64,000 nt of DNA from Zancudomyces culisetae HAW-14-8. Taxonomy: Eukaryota; Fungi; Kickxellomycota. The position numbers and the translations under genes are program-made. The stretch lies in NCBI GenBank assembly GCA_052426225.1, contig JBNJNM010000006.1:1612001-1676000 (forward strand), in the 5' to 3' direction. This document shows, piece by piece, positions 35,656-49,479 of this stretch. Every line of letters starts with the position of its first letter. Position 1 is the stretch's first letter. The notes beneath the pieces were generated by a model. The model was not told the origin of the DNA. It worked only from the letters and a program-made list of their open reading frames with translations, and searched no databases.

Positions 35656-38533
35656 TTATCTTTGTTTCTGTACAATAAAGGGTGTGTGAAACCTATCTTT
35701 ATAGCTCTTGAAAAAAACCCTTTGGACCTTGGCGCATTCATCATACTTTTTACTAATGGAACTATTATTAGGTCTATTGTCGAAAATCATACATGTTCTC
35801 TCATCCTCTGCACTTTGGTATCTCTGTCTACCAACACTAGGAATAAAATCACTTTTCCTTGCATCATATTTCGAAATTCGCCTGGGTATCTTTGCAATAG
35901 TTCCGCTTGGCAGAATATTTCCAGACATAAGATTGCGCTGGCTACCGCTAATACCTATTCTACCGACTGTAAACCGAGTGGGTATCAACCCAGTTTTGCT
36001 ATCTCGTGGAAAAACACCTGCACCTTGAGCTGTGCATATACCACTCTTATTATAACTGTAGTTGTGTGTAACGTTCTTGTTTTCTACCACGTCATATAAC
36101 CCACCTTTTATTCTAAAACACTTGATTGCATCTCTGTTTGCCTTTCTGATTGGCGAGTATCTAATCCTCGTGCTCATATTCCTGTCTTGCTCTGAGAGAT
36201 TAAGCATGTCTATATTTTTCTGGTATATCCCTAACCCCCTTGCATACAGCGAGTATCCCTCATCAGAGAAAACGTGGTGTTGTCTACTGTTATCCTGCTG
36301 CCTGATAAATAACGCTGTATTTCCTCTTTGTACTTTAGGTACCAGTTCGACGGTGCTGTGCGTTTTTCTGGAATCAGAGATAGCTGCAACCACCTCACCA
36401 TCACAATGTACATTGCAAGTATTGTGACAATAGTTCCAGTATCCAGACATATGTTTGGTCAAGCAGCCTTTTGTGTTTATCATCCCACTACACATGTTAC
36501 CGTTATCAAAAAAACTTTGTTTTTCTACGCTAGCGCTTTGTTGGTATGATTCACTTTCTTCAAGTGGTTTATATGCCACTGAGTTTTCCTTATCACTATG
36601 TTCGCTCAATAGCGCATTTGGTGTCTTTATATCCTTCTTACCTCTCTCTACCCATTCATCTGCAATATCCACTACTTTTTTTTCATGAGGATCGTCACCA
36701 CAAAGATCAGTACTAGATGACTCTAAATAATCTTTTTTTGTTGCTTGCTCTAAAGGGTTTATGCTTGTTCTTTTGAATGAATCAAAACCACCAGATATCT
36801 TTTTATTAACATAATTTTCTAAAAACTCAGAAAACCATGATTTCTGAGAGGATGGGTTCTTAGGGGTCATATCAACTGAGCCTTCTGCGTCGAGTTTCCT
36901 GGTGCTTTCACAATCCGATCTATCCAACATAATCTTTGCTGAAGTCTTTTTTACCAACTTTTTTGGCTTTTTCCTAGATTTGCTTTTGTCTACTATACAA
37001 TTATTTTCATTACCAAAAGCTCGATTCATTTTTTTTGAGCACCCGTCAGTGTGTTTGGAATCTTTTGACTCGAAAGGCAAAGAAATAGATTTGTGCATGT
37101 CTAGCACATCCTGAGAAATAAAATCTGGAATCAGCATATCGTGAGTTGCCGCGACAGCTACGTTCGCCTCATCTGCAGCATTTGCAGTGTAACTCTTAGT
37201 ACTATCTTCACCCAAATCACATTTAAAGTCATAATATTCAAGTAGTGTTCCACCACTACCTCCTTTGTCGTTTTCAAAACTAAATGTTAAAACCTGCTGA
37301 CCAAGAAATACTGCTGTTGGTAGCATACTATTGCTGTTCTTAAGACCATCTAACGCGCAGCTCTTTTTACCATCGCAATGTTTTTCAACAGAGCCAAAAA
37401 TATCTAGTTACGTATATAGTGTTAGCTAGCATGTAGCAAGTGCAGATATATCTATATTAATACCCATTTCATCTCCCTCTTTCAAATTTTACTTTGGTAC
37501 GGATATTGGGCTTACCTAGAGATAAACGTGCTGTGTAAAAATGTTCAATGGGGCTGTAGTTTATACAACCACCTACCTCCTCGACTGAACTACCCAATGT
37601 ACTCACACCATCTCTCCCAAAAACAGTTGCTTTCAGTACACATGCCTCTGCAGTGTGTACTTTTGTCGCTCCTTTATTCACAGCAACATGTTTTACACTG
37701 ATTATTGGACTATGAATAGGCTTTTTATAGGTCTTTTTGGCCTTCATGTCCGACTCAATAATATTTTTAAGGACGTTGCCATATCTTTCTCTGACAGTTG
37801 TCGATGAAAACGAAAGCATACAAGAATAGTCGATAATACTTGATTCTGCTTCAAAATCTTGACATCTGAGTGCTTGTGTTGATTTACCACCTAAAAAACT
37901 ATTATTGTGCAAGGAAGAGCTTGTATTCGGTTTTTTTGTTGAGAATAACAGACGCAAAAGGTTGGTTTTCAGCAAGCCATATGTATCATCTTTTTTTTGT
38001 ACTACCAACTCACTAGTAGGAATGGAGTCAGTATCTATGGACGCAGACGGTATACATTCCGCTTTTACACCCAGACCAAAAAACTCACTCCAGGCTGACA
38101 AATTTTCCGGAAAGCCCCTGTTTGTAAACACCAGTTGTAAGTATGAAAACCAGATAACTAGCTTCTTTTGCTGATCTACGCAAAGTGTAATGGTTTTGCC
38201 ATCATACTTGATTCTTATATACAAGTTTTTCCTGATTGAAACATCCACCCTATCCTTCTCATTAATGCTGTACTTCTTGAAAAAGTAGCCTTGTTTTGTG
38301 TAGGAGCTAGGTGGTGGTTCAAGCTGAAAATATTTGCTTAGGTCATTTGACTGTCTAGGTTTACATCTATTAAGTGGTGCTCGAAATTTTTTAAAGTATC
38401 CAAAGTATCCATCGAACCCTAGCACAAAATACCTTTTGCAACATACTAGACCATTGGTTTTTTTAAACAAAAACCCAGATATACCACTCTTCCCATTCAT
38501 ACTTTCCTGTGAACTTGACGGTTTCTCAGTCAT
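35656..38533 (-). CDS. Hypothetical protein with N-terminal PH-like domain, ~921 aa; exons 38533-37516, 37403-35656
   Basis: ISGFLFKK..KRYFVL..GYFK and the closing helix LCVDQQKKLVIWFSYLQ fit a PH fold. Intron GTAAGC..GCTAAC..TAG (phase 1) joins the two listed ORFs in frame. Confidence 0.75.
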
Positions 38534-39324
38534 TTCTTTCTTCTTGCTATTAGGATAGTATATTACAGAATGTTTTGAAAATTATAATAAGAGCTAAAAC
38601 TTCAGTGTCGAATTTGGGAAAAAGATGAAGTATTAACCGGTGCATTGGCTTATTATTTGATTAAACTCACAGTATATTGTTCCCCGTTAATTTCACTACG
38701 TTTCATTATTTAACCTCTAGTGCTGCTATAAAAGTATCACATATTTTGGTTCAAAGTAAAACACCACGTTTCAAGGCATCAAGTAGACACATTCAAGTTG
38801 TCGTCTATAGTCGCTGTGCGCAGATTAAAAGGTTTCTCAAGGTTGCTTGTATCCAAAAGGAAACAGTAATGGGCTAGATTTGATTTATGTACAAAAAATA
38901 ACCACAATATATAGTTTCGTGGTTTTGGTTTCCAACTTGGTTGCAATATTAAAACAGCCGTGGTTTAATATAAATTCCGCTCCTTTTTCCTGTACCGCAT
39001 AGTAAAACTGAGTATCTGCTGAGAAAAAAGAACGTGGCTCAATATCCAAGGATACATTATTGAAAGTTTAACCTCACCTGAGCGTTGTTCACACAAATAT
39101 AGCTGTGATAGTAAAAATAGTGCGTGCAGTCATGTACACTTTATTTAGAATATCTACAAATTCCAGACTGTATACATCAAGTCACTACTACAGTCCGAAC
39201 AAACTATCAATTTGATAAAAATTCATAATAAATCTACTAATAGAAACATCTACAGGGGAAAAAAGGGGGAGTGGAGGAAAACCGCAGAAATATAGAGTTG
39301 TGAATAGCTAATAGGGAATTTTGA

Positions 39325-41099
39325 TCAAGAGGAAATGGTGCTTTTCCTAGAAAATAATGAAAAGATAAGAAAGCATGTAAAGGAGGCGACTGATAACAGA
39401 GCAAGAAATGAGGTATAGTGGTATATTGGCGCAGTGCAAGCGAGTGTACACTCAACCTTCTCAGCATCAATTAGCTGTGGCTCCGAAGGTCGAGACAAAT
39501 TAGAAGACAATCCCAAGTCCCAGACGTGGCCAAAGATTAAATTGCAGACGTGAGCGCCGATGGCTGGGCCAATCGAAAATATCCCCCACATGACACCAAA
39601 ATTCGCAGGTCCCCAAACCTCGGAGGTATATGTTGGAGCAAGGGAAAAAAGAGAGCCTAGTGATACGCCAATCAGCATTGACAAATAATTTAAGTCTTGA
39701 GGTGTCTGCAAATCCCGCAACAGGGTCTGGTTATGATACATAAGCGCTGCGCTCAGTATCAGAAAGGCTACACGGGGTATTCTGAAGTAAAGAGCAAAAA
39801 AATCAGAGATAAATCCCACCATCATTCTTCCAGAAAATGAATAGAACGATTGGTTACTCAGAGCGTTGTCTTTGTAGGATTCTAAAACTTCCCTGGGTAT
39901 CACTGAAGCGTCGCCGTTTTCAGGACTGCCGCCTTGCCCTAAGCCCATTGCCAGAACGCCACAGTTGTTTATAAACATCAACCCAGGGCCAGCACAGGAC
40001 AGAACACCCAGGAAAAATACCCAAGCCAGCGGGCTTTTAAGAAACAAAAGTGCTGTGGATGGCAGTAATTCGAGTACTTTCGGGATGTTTGCTAAAAACA
40101 CGCGCGGTCTTGTGAAAAGAAACTTAAAAAGGTACACCGGGCTTGACAATTGACCTTCGTCTACATTGAGACTGAGCTTGCGAGTATCATAATCAAAGTT
40201 TTCCTGCTTCAATTTGCTATACCCACCATCCTTAGACATATCCTGTAGCTCCATTGGGGCTTTTTGACGGCCTTCTTTAACGCTTTCTATTCTCTTCGTC
40301 CTTTTACTCAGCGAGCTATCCAACCCACGGTCGAGATATGTGGCAGAAGCTACGAATTGCGAAAGTGCAGAGATAATCCCCGTAAATAGCAAAAAACCAA
40401 CAGGATCTGTAGCTTGTCTAAAGAATGTTCCTTTGATTTTCAAAAACACAAACGAAGACAAGCCGTATAAAGAAAGCGGTATACTCAGTGCCACGCCCTT
40501 GTGTCGTGATTTGGAAAAAATCACAGTTGCTGCAGAAATTGCACTCATATAGGAAGCTTTAGACGCTATTCCCACCAGAGAAAACAATACAGATTCGAAA
40601 GCCACGTGGTGTATTGATTTTTGTGTGTGATGCGTAATATATTGAAAACTCAATGAAAGACCACAGTATCCCAAAAGCATCAGAACCGAGGCAATTTGTG
40701 CGCAGCTATTATATAAAAGATCAACCATAACTATAATACCCAGAAAGCACAATTTTCCGAAAATTAAAATAGCCCTTTGATTTCAACACAAAGTATTTCA
40801 GAGTTTACCAAGTTAATCACAACAAATAAAACTTACATTTTGGGTCCCTTTTTCATACTTAGATATCCAAAAAACGGCGCGGCTAAATAGTGTGCATAAT
40901 CGCCCAGCGAGGCGATAACATTTGTTTGGTATCGCGTAAAGCCCAACAAATCGGAAAAAGAGGTTCCGTATGTACCGAATAAGGAAGTGGTACCCCCCGT
41001 TATCAGGGCTAAACACAGGCCAAAATAAACCTTCCGGATCTCGGTTTGTGGGAGATCTTCCCAGCTCATATTCTCGTCTGTTTTTCGATTTTCGTCCAT
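39325..41099 (-). CDS. MCH1: MFS transporter, Mch1/nodulin-like, ~570 aa; exons 41099-40837, 40774-39325
   Basis: Multiple TM helices; GVALSIPLSLYGLSSF, GPGLMFINNCG, GRMMVGFISD, SEVWGPANFGVMWG. Intron GTAAGT..AAG, phase 2. Confidence 0.75.
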
Positions 41100-42771
41100 C
41101 ACTGTTGTATCTATTTCCTTCCTTCTTTATATTTTTTACCTTTTTGGTTGTTGTGTTGTTTCTTGTCTAAAAAATATTTTTCTAAGTTCCTGATTAGGGT
41201 ACAGTTTAGTAAATTCTGAGTATAATATTTATGCTAATAATATTGCATCGTTTTTGCACCAAGTATATAGTACCGAAACTGAACGAATCGAGTTTTATAG
41301 CTGTATTCTTTGAAATTCGAACCGAACAAACTCGATGAAATAGTATATATCCCTAAATCTATGCTATGCGCTTTCAGGGGTATTCCAGACAACCATAACC
41401 CTTATTAGACTTTTAGTGTGTGTAATTACAAATTAAATTTACGGATCGTGATGTGCTAGTCCACTTTGACGAAGTATAGGTATTTCACCAGTTATATATT
41501 TCTCTTTTTTTTTGCGGCTTTGATTTTAAAAAAAATGGTCAAGCGAATAAACAAAGCTAAAGCTACGTTTGGGAACATTAATTGTAGGTTTATTTTCACT
41601 CAAAACAAGCAAATTAAATCCTGGAGGTTTTGATTCCTAGCCAACAGTCTACATTCGACTGCAACAAAACCAATTATATGCCGCAATTAACATCATGTAT
41701 TACTTTTCACATAGAGTTGTCACCAAATGAGACGTGGAATCATTAAACAGCGGTGTTCTATTTTTACTTTTGTTTCTGTTTTTTCTAAATGAAATTGCGT
41801 CGGCTGCCAATCAGCAAGCCCAAAATCATAGGGAAAAAGGAATCTATAATTGCACAGCTTTATTACCTGATAATTACTCGGGTCCCATCAGCATCCAGTT
41901 GCCCCCTTGAACCTTTTAATTGAACCTTTTACCATTTGCAATCATCCCATAGCTTATAAACGTTGTCTCTTTGTGCGGTGTGTTAGCAAGTAGAGTAGTC
42001 CTGAATGTTCTGTCTTTGGTTTTAGCCTACTGACTCCTTTATCATTCAAAATTTTCGTTTTACGGCATAATTTGGGGGGTGACACTAAGCTTTTGTCTGA
42101 AAAACACCATACCAATGTCCTTTAACCACATGCTATACGCCCAGATCTGAATCTACTATGACTGGTACTCTGGGGCTTGATGCTGAATGTGGACCAGCTT
42201 CTACGGCTATACTTATCTCCTATGAACTATACATTAACCATATCCAGATACACACGCAATAGCATGCATGTTACCTTGTACCTTGTTTGATACAGGGCAT
42301 TTTCTCTGCTTTAGCTCCCGAGCTACGTCTTTAATTTCATTTACATTTTTTACTTTGCGTTTACCATAGGGAGAATTCGCAATTCTAAAAGTTGTATTCG
42401 ATTTTTATATCAAAATCCAACTGGCAAGATCAAGTGCAGTTTGATGCTTGTTAAATGTACTTAGATAGAAATTGCAACTAGTATCCTCAGAACAAAAGGT
42501 TTATAGGCCAATATGGCGCTGGAACCCTGTGTAGATCTAGTAAAGGCGTAACCACACCGCACCACAGCGAAAATAATGAACCTGTCAGCTAGCTTTGTAT
42601 GTAAATATTATCTATATATTGCAAAGATTTCACCATAGAGCTATAACTTTTGTTTCATATCGGTAACCAGGCATACTCTTTTTTAAAAATATGATTTCAC
42701 TCCGTTTGGTCTGTACATATGGGTATTTATTTGGAACATCAGCATTTTATTCTATAAAAAAAAAGAGTAAA

Positions 42772-45134
42772 TCAACTGAAAACATAGCCTCTGCAGTTAG
42801 GAGCACCACAATAACACTTATATCCCACATGATTAAACTTAGAACCAGGGTCTTTTTCCTGCGAATCAGAAGAATCGGCAGAATACGAAGGATTGTAGTC
42901 AAAACAAAGCTCGGTACCGGCCGGAATGCGCTGGTTGGTAAAAAATACTAAATGATGGTGGCCCTTGTCCCAGTAGTTAATATAAGCTGCCCTGATTTCC
43001 AAGTTCGGGGAACAAGAGTGGTTTAGAAAGCGAGTGATATTGCCATAGTTTTCTGCATCTATAGAGAACTCTGGTTCTTTGTTTTCAGGAGTTCCGTAAT
43101 CCAAGTCAAACAAATACGTTGAGCCAAGCTTGTCATTTAGCTTTCCTCTTCGAGTTGCTTCTTTATTTGTTATAACTTCACCGACGTATTCTGCTACGAA
43201 CTGGCCACTTTTCAATGTCTGCAATGTTTTTACGCCCCAACCCTTATTTTTGGTCCGAAATATCTGAAATTTAACATTAGACCCTCGTTGGATAACGCGG
43301 TTGTGACAATATGGTCCACAGGCACAAACATAGTTACACTCGTATATAGCGAATCCTTTATCCAGAACCAATTGGCTGTGCTTGTTGTAAGGGTTTCCGT
43401 GGCTTTCGTTGTGAGAGCATCCCCCGTAGAAAAGCTGATCCCTTGATAAGCTGTGATCACACGTTTTATAAAACTTTTCGATAATATCCTTGGGGGCCAC
43501 ACCTTCCAGAAACGCTTCTCTATACCTTTTAATAGTAAAAACCTTTTCTAGTTCGGCCTTAATCTCATCAAAAGACTTTTGAGTGTTTCCTTTGCCTTTA
43601 TTTACATCGATAATACTGCAATAGCACGATTTAACACCTGCATTTGTGGGTCTTCGTACGTCATCTGCATATATAATCTTGCTGGAAAACGTAAAATTCG
43701 CCGGCAGTCGAGCATCATCCACAGTGTTAAGCACGCTTATAGGTGGTCCAACGTCCATTTCAATTGTTGCCTCATATCGACGCTTGTTGCTTAACCCTCC
43801 TGCACGATGGGCTGCACGCTGCATACCCACACCGTCCTTCTGTCCATTCTTCTCTCTTTCTATCACTCGCTGTGCGCGCCTTTTCCTAACCCGCTCTTCT
43901 GCTACCTTTAAATGATTCTTGAACTTTGCTTTAATCATGTGCTCATCCATCAATAGCTGCTCAAGGTATCGCGTTCCAGAGTTTTTATTGGTTTTCAGAT
44001 ACTCGTCTAATGCAATGTTTATACCTAAAAGCAATGGAAAATCGTTCAGAATGTCGAGTCTTTTCCCGACAACTGCATCCTTCTTCATTTTGAGCTTGTT
44101 TATATGGTTTTGAATCTCAATAAGATTTTTACCAAGCGTTCCGTTTTCAAAGCCAACCTCTTTCCTGAATGTAAGATCATCGCTTTTTTGTCCTTTTTTT
44201 CCAATAAAGGACGGTGCAATTTCGCCAGGCTTGTTATTCTCCTTGTGTTTTAATTTATCAAGTCTTTTTATTAGAACATCACAGATGTCACTTTCAAAGT
44301 TTTCCTTGGGAGGCTGACTTTTGTTAGCCTCGTAGCTACTTTTAACGTTTTCATTGATGTTCAAATGTTGTTCAATAGGCACACCCACGACGTTTACTGG
44401 AGGTGGCAATTCCTCCTCAACCTCTTGCCTATTCCCGGCATCTTTCTCTTGATTCTCCGCAAAATTGTTTTGAGGACTCAGGTGAGTTTCAACGGAATTG
44501 TAATTTGCCTCTACGTGCTGACTCAACTTTTTCTATTATTTAGTTACTTTTTTATGTTATTGTATACTTTATGTTATTGTTTTAGAGTTACTTATTATTA
44601 AAAAGTTAATAAACTATTTAGTTTTTCGAAAACAAACGTTGGAAATACCTTGATGTCATTTCTATCAATATTTTTCAAATACCAATGCTCATCCGCCGAA
44701 AATTCACTTTCACTAATGAACATGTCCTCATCTGTACTGGGTTCCATTTCCATATCTACATCAGCACCAACCTTTTTCTCCTCCACAGCTTTTAGTACAG
44801 TGTCAGCAGACGGTTCAGGCCTTTTCCCCTTGTTACTTGTAACTCTAAATATTTTGTCAACTATCTCCGTACTCATACCAATATTCATGTAATTTTCTAC
44901 AATATTCTGAATGTCTGTCTTCCCTAAGAAAAAATCCTGGATCTCAGAATCGGCAGGATTGGTGCTGATCGGCGAAAGTGATCCGTTGAGGACAGTATCA
45001 AAAGCATTGCTTTCAGTGTCGCTACTATCGCTTATCACGACTACATCGCTTTTCATATTTTTCGTTGTGTTTGTCTGTCTGTTTTTATTCATTCCAACTG
45101 GATTAGATTCCGTTGGAGTATATGCACTATTCAT
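42772..45134 (-). CDS. CLR4: SUV39/Clr4/DIM-5-family histone H3K9 methyltransferase, ~748 aa; exons 45134-44649, 44532-42772; probable 5'UTR intron 45247-45177
   Basis: Pre-SET (IYECNYVCACGPYCHNRVIQRG), SET (KGWGV, EYVGEVIT, YLFDLD, GNITRFLNHSCSPN, ELCFDY), post-SET (CYCGAPNCRG). Confidence 0.88.
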
Positions 45135-46166
45135 GCTTTCATTTACAGGTTTTCGATACTTTTTGTTTATTTGGCTCTGCAGTAAAAAAAAAAAGTTAAA
45201 GGGTATGAATTTAGTGTAAGCCTCGATATCAACAATTCCGTCCTTACTGTCTATTCGATATTAAGTTCCCAAGTAGATTTATTAAAAAAAAATGAAAAGT
45301 TGATATATTGTGATTTGATTATACAAGAACAAAAAGAGCCTTTCAATTTTTTTATATTTCAAATCAGGTATAAAAAAATTGTCACAAAGATCTTTTTACG
45401 ACCAAACTTGGTCGAGAAAAAAAATAGCTATAAAAGCAAATTATAGCAAAAAAGTATATCTCATTGAAAATAAAAACATGAAATGGCTTAAAAAGTGATA
45501 TACTGCATTTTTTGGGCATACATCTCATACACGTGTTTCAAAAATATGTAATATTACAAGTATTGCCGAAACAAGCACATTTAACCCAGCAGAGGGGGGG
45601 GGAGGAGGAGCTCAACACTAAAAGAGCTCATCTGACCCTTATCTGGATTTTTGCACTTTCCATCTCTGTTGGCATCAAGTGGGTACTGGTCAGAAAGGTA
45701 TGATTGCAGCGTGAAATCACATATCAGATCAATCGCTGAAAGGTACCACAGAAAACTAAGAATAAGGGGAACGGAGTGACGGCTGGTTAAATGAATGTTG
45801 CAAGTTTTCTTACAGGACAATTGATGGGGGTGTTGGTTTTTTGATAATTAAAAGTAGCAGAAAAAGTTTAAAAAAGACAAATATCTTCAATATTAAAAAA
45901 GCAGGCTTTGGTTTATGTTATGTGTCAACAAATAAAAACACACTGCATCTAAATAACGCTTTTGTGTTTGGGAATGTTTATTTTTGATTCACTGTATATA
46001 ATTATCATTATTCTTGCACAGTTACAATGCCATACTATAAAGTCTGTTACTTTGCCAACAATTTAGTCGTTACATGCCAGTGTAACCCTATTACTCAATC
46101 TTTTTTTTTGTAGTTCAGAAAAGACACCAAAGTGATATTGTTCAAAAAGCAAGAAAGCATCGTAGT

Positions 46167-46760
46167 ATGGAACTGAAAGTATATATAAACATTATATTTA
46201 CCATTTTTATTTTTTGGTTAAAAAAAGTGCGTTGCATTGACGAAATCAGAGAATTTGCACTAAAAACGCAACTAAACTCAGAAGTCGAGTCTTATACAAG
46301 CTTTTATCTCGGTTTGGAAGCCATAAAAAAGCTAAAACCGTATGAACTAGATGAAACGATTGTTGGATATGAAAAGATTCCCTTTCGCAACGACCATTGG
46401 CGTTCTAGCTACTTTGCAGTATTGATACTAAAAGAAGTGTGTGTCTTGGGTGCAGTAAGTACTACCAACAGCGTTCTTTGGGAGGATAAGACTATAAAGC
46501 TAAACAATACACAAAGAGACTATGTCTGCGAATATCCATTCTATGACATGTTTGACTACGGATATTTTGGATCATGTGTACGTCCTGGAGATACGTATTT
46601 AATTTTAGCGGGTTTGTGTGTTGAAGATGGAAAGTATATAGCCGATTATTTGTTTGGCACAAGATATGTACATCAAGCACCAGATAAGCCTACCATCAGC
46701 AACTGCGTATATGTGCTGTTTCAACCTATTCGTGAAAACAAGGATTGCAAAGAAGTATGA
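46167..46760 (+). CDS. Hypothetical small putatively secreted protein, 197 aa
   Basis: Hydrophobic N-terminus (YINIIFTIFIFWL..VRC) resembling a signal peptide, six further Cys, globular-looking composition. Confidence 0.65.
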   Translation: MELKVYINIIFTIFIFWLKKVRCIDEIREFALKTQLNSEVESYTSFYLGLEAIKKLKPYELDETIVGYEKIPFRNDHWRSSYFAVLILKEVCVLGAVSTTNSVLWEDKTIKLNNTQRDYVCEYPFYDMFDYGYFGSCVRPGDTYLILAGLCVEDGKYIADYLFGTRYVHQAPDKPTISNCVYVLFQPIRENKDCKEV

Positions 46761-47351
46761 AATAGATACGCAGTTGTAATTCATTTTTAAATTAAGAGTT
46801 TTTTTGTGAGAATAAAGTTGGTTTTTTTATTTAAATCATCTTGACCTGAGAGCATGTTGTATACATAAATGTCCAGCTAAAGAACAAATATGATTCATGT
46901 TATTTTTTATAAACAAAATAGCTTTGTAGTCAATTACTCAAAATCTGCTTTAGCTGCCCCCAGCTGGTGACATTTTGAAAATACTCATTGAGTAGTGTTG
47001 AACAACGCATAATCAATCATACTTCGCCTATAATGCGTTGGGATAGATCACATTTGGCCTACTGCAAGTTGAAGTTTGAATAAAAAAAAGTCATAGGCAG
47101 ATGCTTACCACCAGTAACACTAAAAGAAAAGAAGTATCCCATTTTTTGGATCCGGCTATTTGAATATTATTTGCTGACTCTTGCTTTTCTGAAAATTTTT
47201 TATCATCCAATTTATATGAATGATTGCGACAAGAACCCTAAGCCATTGGGACTATTGGATAAGAAATTGGACCTATAGTGAAGCGTAAATTGATCATATA
47301 TCAAAGTGGCAAGTGAGAAAGATATGTAAATTTCAACTTTAAACAACAACA

Positions 47352-49479
47352 ATGACGAATCCTCAACTCCTTTTGATAGCTAAAGCCATTATAGATTCTT
47401 CAAAAGTAACCGGAAGGCTTATGAAAGCCGACTCGATAAACTTTTTGAGAACAAGCTCGCTTACTCACAATATAGTAAATTCGCGGTTTCCCCAAAATCA
47501 TTTCCAAAATGACAACTATGTGCCGAGTAAGGAGAACAAAAGTACAGGTACTGATAAAATCAATAAGAGTGACTTGGCCGATAAAACCGAGACAAATGTA
47601 GCTACAAGTACTGCAAATTTGAAACCTGAGGATTCTCCATCAAACGAGCACCCGAAAACAACGCAAGCACCAAGAGAAGATCTATCAAAAATTGACACGC
47701 TCAACAATTTTTCGCCACCAGTGACTAAAGCTAAACATAATGTTAACAAAGGAAATGATGCCTTAGAAGATAATCATACTTTGAATACAATTGATGAAAA
47801 GGTGACCACAAATGACCAGAATCCAGATGCTAGTGAAGAAAATACGCGTTCCTCTATTCCAAAAGATAATGTAGTAAATGAGCCACATAAAAAAGCTGAC
47901 CTCAAAGAGTCCTACATTCCCTCAACTAGGGCAAGTAGAATATATCATTACGGCTGTAAGTAAAACATGTTTATTCACAATGTTTATATTCATGCTTTAG
48001 AAACAAAAATATGTCATATTACTATTTTTGACTTTTAATGTTAAATATATTTAAACAGCACTTGCAGCGGGCTTGGGTGTTGGGGCAATGAGCGAATCAT
48101 TCAAAAGGCTCATAAAGAAAAGCGACGGAAAATCCAAATCGCCTTTTTTGAGTGAAGCCAACATCGAAAGGCTTGTCGAAAAGCTTTCAAAAATGCGGGG
48201 AGCAGCGCTTAAGTTAGGACAAATGATAAGCATACAAGGTTAGTTACTCAGCCATTACGATTTTTTTTACTATAAAAAAGTATGAAGATCTTAAAGCGAA
48301 TACCGTTGAAGCAGCGTGGGATACAGAAGGTATTTTTAAATCAATTTGCTTTGGATACTACTAGATTCATCTGAATTCACGGAAAAAATCGAGTACATTT
48401 TATCTCGAGTTCAAAACGCAGCAAATTATATGCCCCAGAAGCAGCTATACAAGGTGATGGAAGAGCAAATGGGCGTAGAGTGGGAATCGAATTTTGGCTC
48501 GTTTGATACTATTCCGTTTGCCGCAGCCTCAATTGGTCAGGTACATAAAGCAACTCTATCTAAAGACCTAGCAGAGAAATATGGGTTTTCGGATGTGGCG
48601 GTTAAAGTTCAATACCCAGGAGTCTCAAAATCAATAGATTCGGATCTTTCCAATCTCCAATCATTACTCCATTTATCTAAATTGTTGCCTAAAGGGATGT
48701 ATCTAGAAAACTCGATACGCGTAGCTCGCAAGGAACTAGCATGGGAGTGTGACTACCTGCGCGAGGCAGAATGTAACAGGAAATTTGTGGATATATTTAC
48801 TGGTAGCACTGTTTTCAAAATCCCAAGAGTTGTAAACGAGCTGTCAAACTCTATGGTTATCACAACAGAGTTTGTGAATGGCGATCCCATTTCGGCTGTT
48901 GTTAACTATGATCAGGAAACAAGAGACTGGGTAGGGACAATGATAATGGAGCTATGTCTACAGGAGCTCTTTGTTCATAAGTTTATGCAAACGGATCCAA
49001 ACTGGACTAACTTTTTATACGATCATTCCAGCCGAAAGATTGGCCTGTTGGATTTTGGAGCCTCTCGAGGGTATGATGTAGATTTTTTAGACCCATATAT
49101 GCAAGTTCTGAGGGCATCGGCCAGCAGCGACCGTAAGTCTATTGCTAAGTGGTCAGAAGTGCTGGGCTTTTTGACTGGATATGAATCTCAAGCCATGTTG
49201 GATGCACACACAGACTCTGTATTAGAGCTGGGAAAACCTTTCAGAGATCATGGGCTATTTGACTTTGGACGTCAACAAGTTACCTCTAATGTAAAATCAA
49301 ACATTCCTACTATGTTAAACGAAAGATTGACTCCTCCTCCAGATGAGACATACTCTCTACATAGGAAACTTTCTGGTGCATATTTATTGTGTGCCAGGAT
49401 AAAAGCACGAGTGCCTTGTAGAGACCTATTTTTCAAGTATTCCGATGCCTATACAGTTTCTCAAAAATACGCTGCCTGA
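47352..49479 (+). CDS. COQ8: Atypical kinase Coq8/Abc1 (UbiB family), ~632 aa; exons 47352-47955, 48059-48238, 48365-49479
   Basis: [30 protein letters not shown] (KxGQ), [44 protein letters not shown]. Confidence 0.95.

Noticed and set aside
41870-42330. Balanced-composition stretch with a possible small spliced minus-strand ORF
   Set aside because: All frames are short and no family is recognisable. It cannot be supported as a gene or pseudogene.
42422-42450. TGGCAAGATCAAGTGCAGT resembles U2 snRNA (GGCTAAGATCAAGTGTAGTA)
   Set aside because: The branch-point recognition sequence is mismatched, and there is no U2 5' stem, stem IIa or Sm site in the flanks. Likely chance.
48297-48329. In-frame 33-nt cassette in COQ8 intron 2
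   Set aside because: The remaining downstream intron would be ~35 nt, much shorter than other introns here.
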